64,000 nt of DNA, from contig CAWDXG010000001.1 of assembly GCA_963806225.1 (NCBI GenBank), forward strand, positions 1,472,001 to 1,536,000. Reading direction: 5' to 3'. Of this stretch, positions 19,297 through 29,555 are shown one piece after another. The notes below the pieces were generated by a model. That model saw only the letters and a list, made by a program, of their open reading frames with translations, did not search any database and was not told where the DNA came from. Source of the DNA: an uncultured delta proteobacterium (GTDB lineage Bacteria; Myxococcota_A; Polyangia; Polyangiales; Polyangiaceae). Position numbers and translations under genes: made by a program. Positions within the stretch are counted from its first letter, which is position 1, and every line of letters starts with the position of its first letter.

Positions 19297-20523
19297 ATGT
19301 CTCTTCCCACCGAGCCGGCGGGCTCCACCGGTTACTACGGCGCATTCGGCGGCCGCTTCGTCGCCGAGACGCTGGTGCCGGCGCTCGCCGAGCTCGAGCG
19401 CGCCTATCACGAGCACGTACTCGGCGAGGCCTTCCAGAAGGAGTGGCACGAGCTGCTCGAGCACTACGTCGGTCGGCCCACGCCGCTCTACCGCGCGCGC
19501 CGGCTGGAGCGCGCGCTCGACCCTGACGGCGCGCTCTTCGCCGAGCTGTGGCTGAAGCGCGAGGACCTCTGCCATACCGGTGCGCACAAGATCAACAACG
19601 CGCTCGGACAGGTGCTGCTCGCGGCAAAGCTCGGCAAGAAGCGCATCATCGCCGAGACCGGAGCGGGGCAGCACGGCGTGGCGACGGCGACGGCCGCCGC
19701 GGTGATGGGGCTGCCCTGCGAAGTGTACATGGGCGAGGTGGACGTGGCCCGCCAGGCGCCGAACGTATCGCGCATGGAGCTGCTCGGCGCGCGCGTCATT
19801 CCCGTGAGCTCGGGCTCGCGCACGCTCAAGGACGCGATGAACGAGGCGCTGCGCGACTGGGTCACGAACGTCGAGCACACCCACTACTGCGTCGGCTCCG
19901 CCGCGGGCCCGCACCCGTACCCGATGCTGGTCTCGGAGTTGCAGCGCGTGATCGGCGACGAGGCGCGGCGGCAGTTCGAAGCGCAGTCGGGCGCGTTGCC
20001 GGACGCCGCCGTGGCGTGCATCGGCGGCGGCTCGAACGCGATCGGTCTGTTCCGCGCCTTCATTCCGGACCACGAGGTCGCGCTCTACGGGGTGGAAGCG
20101 GCGGGCGAAGGCGTCGACACCGGGCGCCATGCCGCTACCCTCACGGCGGGGCGCATCGGCGTGCTGCACGGCGCGCGCACCCGCGTGCTCGCCGACGACG
20201 ACGGCCAGATCCTCGAAGCGCACTCCATCAGCGCCGGCCTCGACTATCCCGGCGTGGGTCCCGAGCACGCCGCGCTAGCGCAGTCCGGACGCGCGGTGTA
20301 CCTCACTGCCACCGACGCGGAGGCGCTCGCTGCTGCGGAGCTGGCCGCCCGGCGCGAGGGCATCATCGTGGCGCTGGAGACGGCGCACGCCTTCGCGCGC
20401 CTCGCGGATATCGCGCGCAGGGAGCGCGAGAGGTTGGGCCGCCCCGCGCGCCTCGTGCTGGGCCTGTCGGGGCGCGGCGACAAGGACCTCGCGACGCTCG
20501 TCCAGCGCCGGAAGTCGCCATGA
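19297..20523 (+). CDS. trpB: Tryptophan synthase beta chain
   Basis: [63 protein letters not shown]. Confidence 0.98.
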   Translation: MSLPTEPAGSTGYYGAFGGRFVAETLVPALAELERAYHEHVLGEAFQKEWHELLEHYVGRPTPLYRARRLERALDPDGALFAELWLKREDLCHTGAHKINNALGQVLLAAKLGKKRIIAETGAGQHGVATATAAAVMGLPCEVYMGEVDVARQAPNVSRMELLGARVIPVSSGSRTLKDAMNEALRDWVTNVEHTHYCVGSAAGPHPYPMLVSELQRVIGDEARRQFEAQSGALPDAAVACIGGGSNAIGLFRAFIPDHEVALYGVEAAGEGVDTGRHAATLTAGRIGVLHGARTRVLADDDGQILEAHSISAGLDYPGVGPEHAALAQSGRAVYLTATDAEALAAAELAARREGIIVALETAHAFARLADIARRERERLGRPARLVLGLSGRGDKDLATLVQRRKSP

Positions 20524-21323
20524 CGACCGAGCGCATCGACCGCTGCTTTACCCGGCTTCGAGAGCAGAAGCGGACCGCGCTCGTGGTCTATCTCACCATC
20601 GGCGATCCCTCGGTGGACGTGTCCATCGCGTGCGCCCTCGCGGCGCTCGAAGCCGGCGCCGACATCCTCGAGCTCGGCGTGCCCTTCAGCGATCCGACGG
20701 CGGACGGGCCTGTCATCGCCGCGGCCGCGCACCGCGCGATAGGGCAGGGTGGGTCGCTGCGCGCCGCCCTGCGCGTCGCCGCCGCCGTGCGCGGCAAGAG
20801 CGACGCGCCGCTGGTCCTGTTCAGCTACGTCAATCCCATCGTTGTTTTCGGCGAAGCGGAGCTGCCGCGCGCGGCCGTGGAGGCGGGGGCCGACGGTCTG
20901 CTCGTCGTCGATCTGCCGCCGGAAGAGGGACGCGAGCTGCGGGACGCGGCCGACACCGCTGGGCTCTCCATCATCCCGCTGGTTGCACCGACCACCGATC
21001 GCCATCGCGAGCCACGGGTGCTGTCGCGCGCCTCGGGCTTCGTCTACGCGGTGTCGCTCACCGGCATCACCGGATCGAAGCAGGCGCCGCTGGCGGAGGC
21101 AGGCCGGCGTGCCGCCGCGCTCCGCGAGCGCGCGGGCCTGCCCGTCGTGGTGGGTTTCGGCATCGACACGGCCGAAAAGGCGCGGAGCGTTGCCGCCGCA
21201 GGCGTCGACGGCGTGGTGGTCGGCACCGCGGTCGTCAAGGCCATTGCCGCTGCGAGCGATCCGTCCGGCGCCGTCCGCGATCTCGTAGGCGAGCTCCGCC
21301 GCGGCCTGGACGGCGCGCGCTAG
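20520..21323 (+). CDS. trpA: Tryptophan synthase alpha chain
   Basis: ATGA overlap with trp[38 protein letters not shown]. Confidence 0.97.
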   Translation: MTTERIDRCFTRLREQKRTALVVYLTIGDPSVDVSIACALAALEAGADILELGVPFSDPTADGPVIAAAAHRAIGQGGSLRAALRVAAAVRGKSDAPLVLFSYVNPIVVFGEAELPRAAVEAGADGLLVVDLPPEEGRELRDAADTAGLSIIPLVAPTTDRHREPRVLSRASGFVYAVSLTGITGSKQAPLAEAGRRAAALRERAGLPVVVGFGIDTAEKARSVAAAGVDGVVVGTAVVKAIAAASDPSGAVRDLVGELRRGLDGAR

Positions 21324-21973
21324 CTCGCCTCGTCGGGCTCTTCGAGCGGCACGGCGAACTGGTTCACGCTGATTCCGAGCGGCGTGGTCTCGACGATGGT
21401 CGCGTGCGCAAAGTCGCCCCCCGGCGCCTCGCCCACCGAGCCCACGTTGACGATGCGTACCTCGTCGAGCTGGCGGTCGAAGGCCACGTGACTGCCCCCG
21501 CATATGATCAGGTCGCCGGGCTCGTCTCCCAGCAGGGCGAGCATGTCCTCGTCCTCCATGTCGAACGTGAACGGCTCGGTCGGGTCGCCCGGCGAGCCGT
21601 GCACGACCACCATCGTGTCGCCGGACTCGACCGGCAGGCTCGCCAGCGGCGGCAACTTGCCCAGGCGCGCGACGATGATCTCGCCCAGCTCGTTGTGCAC
21701 CTGCCGGAGCCGCTCGATACGCTCGCGCTCCACCTCGGAGGTGGCGCTCAGCTTGTTCGGGTCCACGCGGGCCAGCGCCTTGTCGCCGAGCCCCTGTACG
21801 CACAGCGCCCGGTGCCCGACCAGCGTCTTCCACACGGCGAGCGGCTCCGGGCCCGGGAAACACAGATCCCCGCACACCACGAGCTGATCCCAGCCGCGTA
21901 GATCGGCGGTGGCGAGCACGGCATCGAGCGCGCGGGCGTGCCCGTGGATATCCGAGATACACAGAAATCGCAT
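21320..21973 (-). CDS. Metallophosphoesterase (calcineurin-like, YfcE-type)
   Basis: ISDIHG, CGDL, VVHGSP, CGGSH, NVGSVG. The usual GNHD is replaced by GLGD, so activity may be atypical. Confidence 0.85.
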   Translation of the reverse strand: MRFLCISDIHGHARALDAVLATADLRGWDQLVVCGDLCFPGPEPLAVWKTLVGHRALCVQGLGDKALARVDPNKLSATSEVERERIERLRQVHNELGEIIVARLGKLPPLASLPVESGDTMVVVHGSPGDPTEPFTFDMEDEDMLALLGDEPGDLIICGGSHVAFDRQLDEVRIVNVGSVGEAPGGDFAHATIVETTPLGISVNQFAVPLEEPDEAS

Positions 21974-22023
21974 CCCCCCGGAGTCCTACCTCGAAACCCC
22001 CTGGAGCGGTATACCGGACGCAG

Positions 22024-24936
22024 ATGGTTGGCGATATCGACCCGCTCGCCGCCGGGGAGCTCCGCGACCAGGCGCGGCACATCGATTCCGGGCGCGCCGA
22101 GGTGCTGGAGCGGGAGCTGCCCGATCGTCCGGGTCGGGAGCTGTCGGTGCTGCTGGGGACCGCCTTTCCGCCGCTCGCCCCGGCGCTCGACTGGCAGCAT
22201 GCGGCCGTCGAGCGGATCGCCCAGGAAGGCTGGCGCGTGGAACGCCAGCGAGGGGACCTGCTTTCGCGGCTGCTGGCGCGGGTGGGCGATCTGTCCGACG
22301 AATCGAGCGTCGGGATGAACCTGCGCCGCGCGGTCCACGAGGAGAAGCTGCGCATCGCGCTGCGCGAGCTTCTGCCGCGCAACCAGGGGGGCGCCAGCGT
22401 GGACGTGACCGCCCACGAGCTCGGCGACCTGGCCGACGCGGCCTTGGAGGTCGCGCTGGCAGAAGCCGACCGGGCGATCGCCGAACGCTTCGGCCCACCC
22501 CTGAAGAGCGACGGGCAGCGCTCCGGGATTGTCGTTCTTGGCATGGGAAAGCTCGGGGGCCTCGAGCTCAATGCCGGCTCCGACGTGGACGTGATCTTCA
22601 TCTACGACACGGACGACGGCGGGAGCGAGCTGCCGCTGCATGACCACTGGAGCCGGGTCGTGCGGCGCACGGTTGCCACGCTCGACACGCCGACCGCGGA
22701 CGGGATGGTGTGGCGCGTCGATCTCAGGCTGCGCCCAGAAGGCTCGCAGGGCGCCATCGTCAACTCCGTAGCCGCGGCCGAGCGCTACTACGAGACCTGG
22801 GGACGGCTGTGGGAGCGGGCGGCGATGCTGCGCGCGCGGCCGAGTGCCGGCAGCCAGGAGCTCGGCGCGCAGCTCGAGCGCGAGGTCATCCTGCCCTTTG
22901 TCTACCGACACGGGGTCGATCCAACGATCGCCACCGCGCTGGCGGAGCTGGTGCAGCGTTCCCGCGCCGAGCTCAGCAGCGCGCCCGACCGCGATCTGAA
23001 GCTCGGTCCGGGCGGCATCCGCGAAGCCGAGTTCTTCATCCAGTCGTTGCAGCTCATCTGGGGCGGGCGCGAGCCGAGCCTGCGCGTGACTGGATCACTT
23101 GCGGCTCTCGAACGGCTGCAGAGTCGCGGCCTGGTCACCGATCGCGAAGCGCGTTCCATCGCCGAGGCGTATCTGCTCCTGCGCCGGGTGGAGCACCGGG
23201 TGCAGTGGATGAGCGGCATCCAGACCCACCTCGTGCCCGCGGATCCGGACGAGCTCGGACGCCTGGCGCGCAGCCTCGGCTTCGAACACGCCGCCGGGCT
23301 CGAAGCCGGGCTCGCGCGCGCTCGCGAAGCGGTGCACGAGCTGTTCGCGGCCCTGGCGCCCGCCGCGCCCCGTCCGCTGCCGCGTTACCATGCGCTGATC
23401 GCGCAGATCGAGCGCGAAGACGCCGAGCTGGCTGGCACCTCGGAGCGGCTGTTCGGCAGCCCGGAGGTTGGCGAGCACCTCGCCGCGCTCACTCGCCGCC
23501 CGGACGGACTCCTGGGCGAGCTCACCCGCGAGCGCTACCCCGATCTTGCCGATCAGTTGGTAGATGCGCTGGTCGAATCGCCCGATCCCGAACAAGCCGC
23601 GCGCTATCTGCGCTCCTTCTTCCAGCGCTTCGTCTCGCCCGCCTCCTACATCGCCGCGCTGGCCGGCGATCCGCGGGCACTGCATCGCCTGGCCACCGTG
23701 CTCGGGGCCAGCGCCTTCGTCGGCGAGGCCGTGGTCGGTCGACCCGATCTGGTCGACATCATCCTGTTCGGAGGCGGGCTGCCCGGTGACGCTCACGCCG
23801 CCGTGTCCACGGAGCTGGAGACCTGGAACCGGAGCGGCGCCGAGGAGTTCGACCGGCGCGATGCCTTCGTGGGCGCGCTGCGTCGCGCCAAGCGTCGGGT
23901 CATGGTGGAAGTCGCAGTCGCCGATCTAGCCGGCACCATAGAGACGCGCGACGCCACCCGCATTCTCTCCGAGCTCGCGGACGACATCGTCGAGCGCAGC
24001 GTGGAATACGAGCTCGCGGGCGACGTCGCGGGCCTGTCCGTCATCGCGGTCGGCAAACTCGGGGGCCGCGAGATCGGCTACGGCTCGGACCTGGACGTGC
24101 TCTTCATCTACGACCCCGCTGCCGCCCCCGCTGATCGGGATCCCGCCGAGCACTTCGTCCGGCATGCCCAGCGCATCATCCGCCTGGTCTCCGAACCGCA
24201 CCCGTCAGGACCGGGCTACGAGCTCGACACGCGACTACGCCCCTCCGGCGCGCAGGGGCTGCTCGTCACGTCGCTCGCGTCCTTCGCGCGCTACCACGGC
24301 GTGCCGCTCGAGGGCGACAGCGCAGGTGCCGCACCGTCCGTGCTGTCTTCCGGAGCCGCGTGGGAGCGACAGGCGCTGCTGCGAGCGCGCGCCGCGGCCG
24401 GCGATCGGGCTCTCGGCGCACGCGTGATCGAGGTCGCGCATGTTGCCGCCTACGAGCGAGGCGCGCCGCCCGCCGAGGAGATACACCGGCTGCGCCTGCG
24501 CATGGAACGCGAGCTCGCCCGTGAACGCCCCGGCCGCTACGACCTCAAGACGGGCCACGGCGGATTGCTCGACATCGAGTTTTCGACGCAGTGGCTGCAG
24601 ATGCGCTACGGCGCCGACCGCCGCGTGCGCACCACCGACACGCTCGAAGCGCTCGAAGCGCTCGGCACGCTCGGCTATCTGTTGCGGCAGCACTACGAGA
24701 CGCTGCGCGATGGCTACACTTTCCTGCGGCGTCTGGAACAGCGCATCCACGTGCTCCACAGCACCGGCGCGCCCGTCATCGATGAACGGGCGCCCGGGCT
24801 GTCGCAGCTTGCACGCCGCATGGGCCTGACGAGCACCGCTCGCGAGAGTGCGCGGCAAGCGCTGATCACCCGCTACCGCGACGTCACGCACGCCATCCGC
24901 GCCGCCTATCTCGGTGTGCTCGGCGTGGAGTCGTAG
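22024..24936 (+). CDS. glnE: Bifunctional glutamine synthetase adenylyltransferase/adenylyl-removing enzyme
   Basis: Two NT repeats: GMGKLGGLELNAGSDVD/VDLRLRPEG/LKLGPGGIRE and AVGKLGGREIGYGSDLD/LDTRLRPSG/LKTGHGGLLDIEF. Confidence 0.96.
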   Translation: MVGDIDPLAAGELRDQARHIDSGRAEVLERELPDRPGRELSVLLGTAFPPLAPALDWQHAAVERIAQEGWRVERQRGDLLSRLLARVGDLSDESSVGMNLRRAVHEEKLRIALRELLPRNQGGASVDVTAHELGDLADAALEVALAEADRAIAERFGPPLKSDGQRSGIVVLGMGKLGGLELNAGSDVDVIFIYDTDDGGSELPLHDHWSRVVRRTVATLDTPTADGMVWRVDLRLRPEGSQGAIVNSVAAAERYYETWGRLWERAAMLRARPSAGSQELGAQLEREVILPFVYRHGVDPTIATALAELVQRSRAELSSAPDRDLKLGPGGIREAEFFIQSLQLIWGGREPSLRVTGSLAALERLQSRGLVTDREARSIAEAYLLLRRVEHRVQWMSGIQTHLVPADPDELGRLARSLGFEHAAGLEAGLARAREAVHELFAALAPAAPRPLPRYHALIAQIEREDAELAGTSERLFGSPEVGEHLAALTRRPDGLLGELTRERYPDLADQLVDALVESPDPEQAARYLRSFFQRFVSPASYIAALAGDPRALHRLATVLGASAFVGEAVVGRPDLVDIILFGGGLPGDAHAAVSTELETWNRSGAEEFDRRDAFVGALRRAKRRVMVEVAVADLAGTIETRDATRILSELADDIVERSVEYELAGDVAGLSVIAVGKLGGREIGYGSDLDVLFIYDPAAAPADRDPAEHFVRHAQRIIRLVSEPHPSGPGYELDTRLRPSGAQGLLVTSLASFARYHGVPLEGDSAGAAPSVLSSGAAWERQALLRARAAAGDRALGARVIEVAHVAAYERGAPPAEEIHRLRLRMERELARERPGRYDLKTGHGGLLDIEFSTQWLQMRYGADRRVRTTDTLEALEALGTLGYLLRQHYETLRDGYTFLRRLEQRIHVLHSTGAPVIDERAPGLSQLARRMGLTSTARESARQALITRYRDVTHAIRAAYLGVLGVES

Positions 24937-24999
24937 CGGGGCGCGCGGGAGCGCCGTCGCGGAGCCGGGCGGCGGATCGGGCGCTGTCTCCGACGCGTG

Positions 25000-25968
25000 C
25001 TAGCCGCGGAGCAGCCGCGCGGCGTCGATGGCGCCGTAGGTGAAGATGATATCGGCGCCGGCGCGGCGCAGGCAGGTGAGGCTCTCGAGCAGGCAGCGGT
25101 CGTAGTCGATCCAGCCCTTCTCGGCCGCGGCGCGCAGCATCGCGTACTCGCCGCTGACGTGATAGGTCGCGACGGGCAGCTTGCTGTGGTCGCGCACGAA
25201 GCGCAGCACGTCGGCGTAGGGGAGGCCGGGCTTGACCATCAGCCAGTCGGCGCCCTCGTCCTCGTCGAGCGCGATCTCGCGCAGGCACTCTCGCACGTTG
25301 CCGGGGTCCATCTGGTACGTCTTCTTGTCGCCGGCCTTGGGTGCGGAGTCGAGCGCGTCGCGGAACGGGCCGTAGAACGCCGAGGCGTACTTCACCGAGT
25401 AGCTGCAGATGCCGACGTCGGTGTGGCCGGCTTCGTCGAGCGCCCGGCGGATGGCGCGCACGCGGCCGTCCATCATGTCCGACGGCGCGACAACGTCCGC
25501 GCCCGCGGCGGCTTGCGCGACGGCCATGGCGGCGAGGATCGGCAGGGTCACGTCGTTGTCGATGCGCCCGTCGATGACCACGCCGTCGTGGCCGTCGGAA
25601 GAATACGGATCGAGCGCCACGTCGGTGATTACGACGAGCTCCGGCAGCGCCTTCTTCAGCGCACGCACAGCGCGCTGCAGAAGGCCCTCGGGGTTCGTGC
25701 TCTCCTTGCCGTGCGGATCCTTGAATTTTTCGTCGAGCGCGGGGAAGAGCGCCACACCGGCGACGCCGAGCTCGTAGGCCTCCCGCGCCTTGTCGACGAG
25801 GCCATCGATACCGAGGCGGGCGTGGCCGGGCATCGAGGCGATCGGCTTCGGCTGCGCCGATTCGTGCACGAACATCGGCAGCACCAGATGCGCGGCAGAG
25901 AGCGAGGTTTCGCGCACGAGCCCCCGGACTCCGGGGCCGACACGGTTTCTTCGGGGGCGTTGATCCAT
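25000..25968 (-). CDS. hemB: Porphobilinogen synthase (ALA dehydratase)
   Basis: DVALDPYSSDGHDG, APSDMMDGR, KYASAFYGPFRDA, YQMDP, MVKPG, YHVSGEY. Confidence 0.98.
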   Translation of the reverse strand: MDQRPRRNRVGPGVRGLVRETSLSAAHLVLPMFVHESAQPKPIASMPGHARLGIDGLVDKAREAYELGVAGVALFPALDEKFKDPHGKESTNPEGLLQRAVRALKKALPELVVITDVALDPYSSDGHDGVVIDGRIDNDVTLPILAAMAVAQAAAGADVVAPSDMMDGRVRAIRRALDEAGHTDVGICSYSVKYASAFYGPFRDALDSAPKAGDKKTYQMDPGNVRECLREIALDEDEGADWLMVKPGLPYADVLRFVRDHSKLPVATYHVSGEYAMLRAAAEKGWIDYDRCLLESLTCLRRAGADIIFTYGAIDAARLLRG

Positions 25969-26086
25969 GTCAGGAACCTAGATCAGCGCGGGCGGCACGC
26001 AAAGGGACCGAGCGCTGCCGGCTGAGGGGCGTCAGCCATCGTTCCGGCCGCGGTCGCGACCAGGTGCGGGACAAGACATCCGGAAC

Positions 26087-26764
26087 ATGGACGGCTATAT
26101 TCCCCGCGTGGGCATCCTGTATCTGGCCGCGCTGATCCTCGGCGGCGGGACGATCCTCGTGCAGCTGTTCATGGGGCACGACGCGGACGCGGGCGCGGAC
26201 GCGGATCTCGCGGCCGACGCGGACTTCGACGCCGACGCCGACGCGGACTTCGACGCCGACGCGGACATGGACCTGGCGGGCGGCCCCCACCTGGACGCCG
26301 TCCACGAAGCGGACGCCGACAGCGCCGGGTTCGCGGCGATCTTCCTGTCGTTGCGTTTCTACACGTTCGCGCTGCTCGCGTTCGGCATGGTCGGCACGCT
26401 GCTCTTCTACCTGCATCTGTCCTCGCCCGTGGTCACGCTGGTGGCTGCGCTGGCCATGGGGCTCGGCTCCGGCTTCATGGCATCGTGGGTGTTCCAGTCG
26501 CTCAAGCGTTCGGCGGTCAGCTCTGCCGCGCAGGAGGACGACGCGGTGGGGCAGGTGGGCAAGGTGCTCGTGCCCTGCGAACGCGGCGGCCATGCCAAGG
26601 TGCGGGTGGAGCTGCGCGGCCAGAGCATCGATTTCCTCGCCACCACCGACGACGAGGCATTGACCGACGGCGAGCTGGTGCTGGTGGAGCAGGTGGAAGG
26701 CGGGACGCTGCACGTCTCCAAGGCGCCGCCGGACTTCCTGTCCGGGCGGGGCGACAAGGGCTGA
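26087..26764 (+). CDS. NfeD-like membrane protein (OB-fold C-terminus) with Asp/Ala-rich insert
   Basis: TM helices, DADAD low-complexity loop, VGQVGKVLVP...KVRVELRGQ. Lies directly upstream of SPFH genes. Confidence 0.8.
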   Translation: MDGYIPRVGILYLAALILGGGTILVQLFMGHDADAGADADLAADADFDADADADFDADADMDLAGGPHLDAVHEADADSAGFAAIFLSLRFYTFALLAFGMVGTLLFYLHLSSPVVTLVAALAMGLGSGFMASWVFQSLKRSAVSSAAQEDDAVGQVGKVLVPCERGGHAKVRVELRGQSIDFLATTDDEALTDGELVLVEQVEGGTLHVSKAPPDFLSGRGDKG

Positions 26765-26854
26765 ACTCCCGCGATTCCCGCGTATTGCCGCTTGATCGCG
26801 GACAACGCGATTCTTCGTACCCTGTCGTGGGCCCGTTGCCCTATCCTCGCCGCC

Positions 26855-28168
26855 ATGCCGCAAGGGGTGCCGACGGAGTTCGGCTTTGGCGTCGACATGC
26901 AGACTGCCGTCCTGATCCTGGTCGGGGCGGTGGCGCTAGTTGTCCTGCTAGCGCTGCTGGTCTTTTTCATCTCCCGCTTCCTGGTCATCTGCAAGCCGAA
27001 CGAGGTCATCGTGCTCAGCGGTCGCAAGCACCGGCTGAGCGACGGGTCCACGGTGGGCTACAAGGTGTTGCACGGGGGGCGCGGGTTCCGCATTCCGCTG
27101 CTCGAGGAAATCAACCGCATGGACATGCGGCTGCTCCCCGTGCAGGTGCAGGTGCAGAACGCCTACTCGAAGGGCGGCATCCCGCTCGGGGTGCACGCCA
27201 TCGCGAACATCAAGGTCACGAGCAACGACATGTACATCAGGAACGCCATCGAGCGTTCGCTGTCGATGACGCCGCGGCAGATCGGCGCGGTCGCACAGCA
27301 GACGCTGGAAGGCGTGCTGCGCGAGGTGCTCGCCGAGCTGACGCCTGAAGAGGTCAACGAGGACCGGTTGAAGTTCGCGGACACCCTCGTGCGCTTCGCC
27401 AAGGACGACTTCGACAAGCTCGGCCTGGAGCTGGACGTGCTCAAGGTACAGAGCGTGGCCGACGACCAGGGCTATCTGAACAACCTCGGGCGCGCGCGCA
27501 TCGCGCGCATGATCCGCGACGCGCAGAACGCCGAGAACGCCGGCAACCAGGCCATCGCCGAGGCGCAGGCCGAGCAACGGCAGCGCGCCGAGTCGGCGCA
27601 GAAGCAGGCCGAGGCGCAGGTGCTCACCAAGCGCAACGAGCTGCGCGCCGAGCTGGCCAAGCTCGAAGCGCAGGCCAAGGGCATCGAGAACGAAGCGGAA
27701 GTGGCGGCCGAGACGGCGCGCGCCGAGGCCGAACAGGAGCTGCAGGCGATGCGTGCGGAACTGGAGAAGCTCAGACTGCAGTGCGACGTGTTCCTGCCGG
27801 CGGAAGCCGCTCGCCTGGCGGCCGAGGCCCAGGCCCGCGCCGAAGCAGCGCCGGTGATGGAAAGCGGCAAGGCCAGCGCCGCGGCGCTCACCGCCGTGGC
27901 GCAGGAGTGGCAGGCGGCGGGGCGCGAGGGCCGCGATCTGTACGTCCTGCAGCACCTCAAGGAATTCGTGGAGGCCTCGGTGGCCCGCGTATCGCGGACC
28001 AAGATCGAAGAGCTAGCGGTCGTCGATGGCGGCGACGGCGCGAGCTACACGGGCGCGGTGGCCAGCTTCCCCTCGGCCGTCGCGGAGGTGCTCAAGGCGA
28101 CAGGCAAGGCGATCGGAATCGACATGGCCGAGTTGCTCCGGACCGACCCGAAGGGAGTGGGCCGATGA
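26855..28168 (+). CDS. Flotillin/SPFH family protein 1
   Basis: TM anchor, ICKPNEVIVLSG, SKGGIPLGV, TLEGVLREVLAELTPEEVNEDR, Ala/Glu coiled coil. Start is 26855 or 26897. Confidence 0.9.
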   Translation: MPQGVPTEFGFGVDMQTAVLILVGAVALVVLLALLVFFISRFLVICKPNEVIVLSGRKHRLSDGSTVGYKVLHGGRGFRIPLLEEINRMDMRLLPVQVQVQNAYSKGGIPLGVHAIANIKVTSNDMYIRNAIERSLSMTPRQIGAVAQQTLEGVLREVLAELTPEEVNEDRLKFADTLVRFAKDDFDKLGLELDVLKVQSVADDQGYLNNLGRARIARMIRDAQNAENAGNQAIAEAQAEQRQRAESAQKQAEAQVLTKRNELRAELAKLEAQAKGIENEAEVAAETARAEAEQELQAMRAELEKLRLQCDVFLPAEAARLAAEAQARAEAAPVMESGKASAAALTAVAQEWQAAGREGRDLYVLQHLKEFVEASVARVSRTKIEELAVVDGGDGASYTGAVASFPSAVAEVLKATGKAIGIDMAELLRTDPKGVGR

Positions 28169-29397
28169 ACGTCATCGCTGTCCTGGCACTCACCGCGCTC
28201 GTCGTGGCCGTGGCGCTGGTGTTTACGATCAAGAAGCTGTTGTTCGTCTCGACGCCGAACGAGGCGCTTATCTTCAGCGGCTCGACGCGGCGGCTCGGCG
28301 AAAGGTCGGTCGGCTATCGTTTCGTGCGCGGCGGCCGTTCGATGCGCCGTCCCCTCATCGAGCGCGTGGACACGATGGACCTCAGCATGTTCACGGTCGA
28401 GGTCCACGTGACGGGCGCGTTCTCCAAGGGCGGCATTCCGCTGACCATCCAGGGCGTGGCCAACGTGAAGCTGCCGGGCGAGGAGCCGCTCATGACGAAT
28501 GCGGTGGAGCGCTTTCTCGGCCGCACGCGCGAGGAGATCTACTTCATCGCCAAGGAGACGCTCGAGGGCAACCTGCGCGGCGTGCTGGCGAGCCTCACGC
28601 CTGAAGAGGTGAACGAGGACAAGATGCGCTTCGCGCACACCCTGCTGGAAGAAGCCGAGCACGACATGAGCCGCATGGGGCTCGTGCTCGACACGCTCAA
28701 GATCCAGAACGTCACCGACGAGGTGAACTACCTCTCCAGTATCGGTCGCATCCGCGGCGCCAAGCTCAACATGGAGTCCGCCGTTGCCGAGGCGGGGGCG
28801 CGTGCCGATGCCTCGGTGCAGCAGGCCAGCAACTGGGCCGCCAGCGAGGTGGCAAAGACCGCCGCGGATCTGAAAATCGCCCAGCAGGAGACCGCCAAGC
28901 GCATTGCGGACGCCCAGAGCCGCCGCGAGGCGATGATCCAGGAGGCGCGAGGGCAGGTCTCGGCGCAGGTCGCCCAGGTCAAAGCGGAGATCGATCGCCA
29001 GAAGGCCCGCGCGCCCCAGGAGAAGAACCGTCTCGACGCCGACGTGGTGCAGCCGGCGCTCGCCAAACAACGCGCGGCGGAGGAAAAGGCGCGCGGCGAT
29101 GCGGCGTCCACGGTCGAGCGCGGCAAGGCCGAGGCAGCGAGCTTGAAGAAGCTGATCGAGGCGTTCAAGGTCGGCGGCACGGGCTCCCGCGACGTGCTGG
29201 CGCTGCAGAACCTGCTGCCGCTGCTTACGTACATTTCCGGAGCCAACCAGCAGCTCAAGATCGGCAAGCTCAGCGTGCTCCCGTCCCACGACACCGCCGG
29301 GTCGGAAGCGGCGCGCAAGGCGATCGGGGCGGCGGAACAGATCCGCGCGGCCACCGGGGTCGATCTGGGCGGCATCGCGCGCAAGCTCGGCGGCTAG
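28165..29397 (+). CDS. Flotillin/SPFH family protein 2
   Basis: ATGA-coupled. PNEALIFSG, SKGGIPLTIQGVANVK, TLEGNLRGVLASLTPEEVNEDK. Confidence 0.9.
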   Translation: MNVIAVLALTALVVAVALVFTIKKLLFVSTPNEALIFSGSTRRLGERSVGYRFVRGGRSMRRPLIERVDTMDLSMFTVEVHVTGAFSKGGIPLTIQGVANVKLPGEEPLMTNAVERFLGRTREEIYFIAKETLEGNLRGVLASLTPEEVNEDKMRFAHTLLEEAEHDMSRMGLVLDTLKIQNVTDEVNYLSSIGRIRGAKLNMESAVAEAGARADASVQQASNWAASEVAKTAADLKIAQQETAKRIADAQSRREAMIQEARGQVSAQVAQVKAEIDRQKARAPQEKNRLDADVVQPALAKQRAAEEKARGDAASTVERGKAEAASLKKLIEAFKVGGTGSRDVLALQNLLPLLTYISGANQQLKIGKLSVLPSHDTAGSEAARKAIGAAEQIRAATGVDLGGIARKLGG

Positions 29398-29555
29398 CGT
29401 CCCCGGGCGCGGGCCCAGGCCGGTGCTACGCTATCCGCCTACGGGCACAGGCACGATGACGGAGGCTTCCGACACGGTTCCGTGAATACTTCGAGCGCCG
29501 TCGTTGTTCTCTTCGAGGTGCACCCGAGCGCCGACACAGGGGCAGGGGCTATCGA

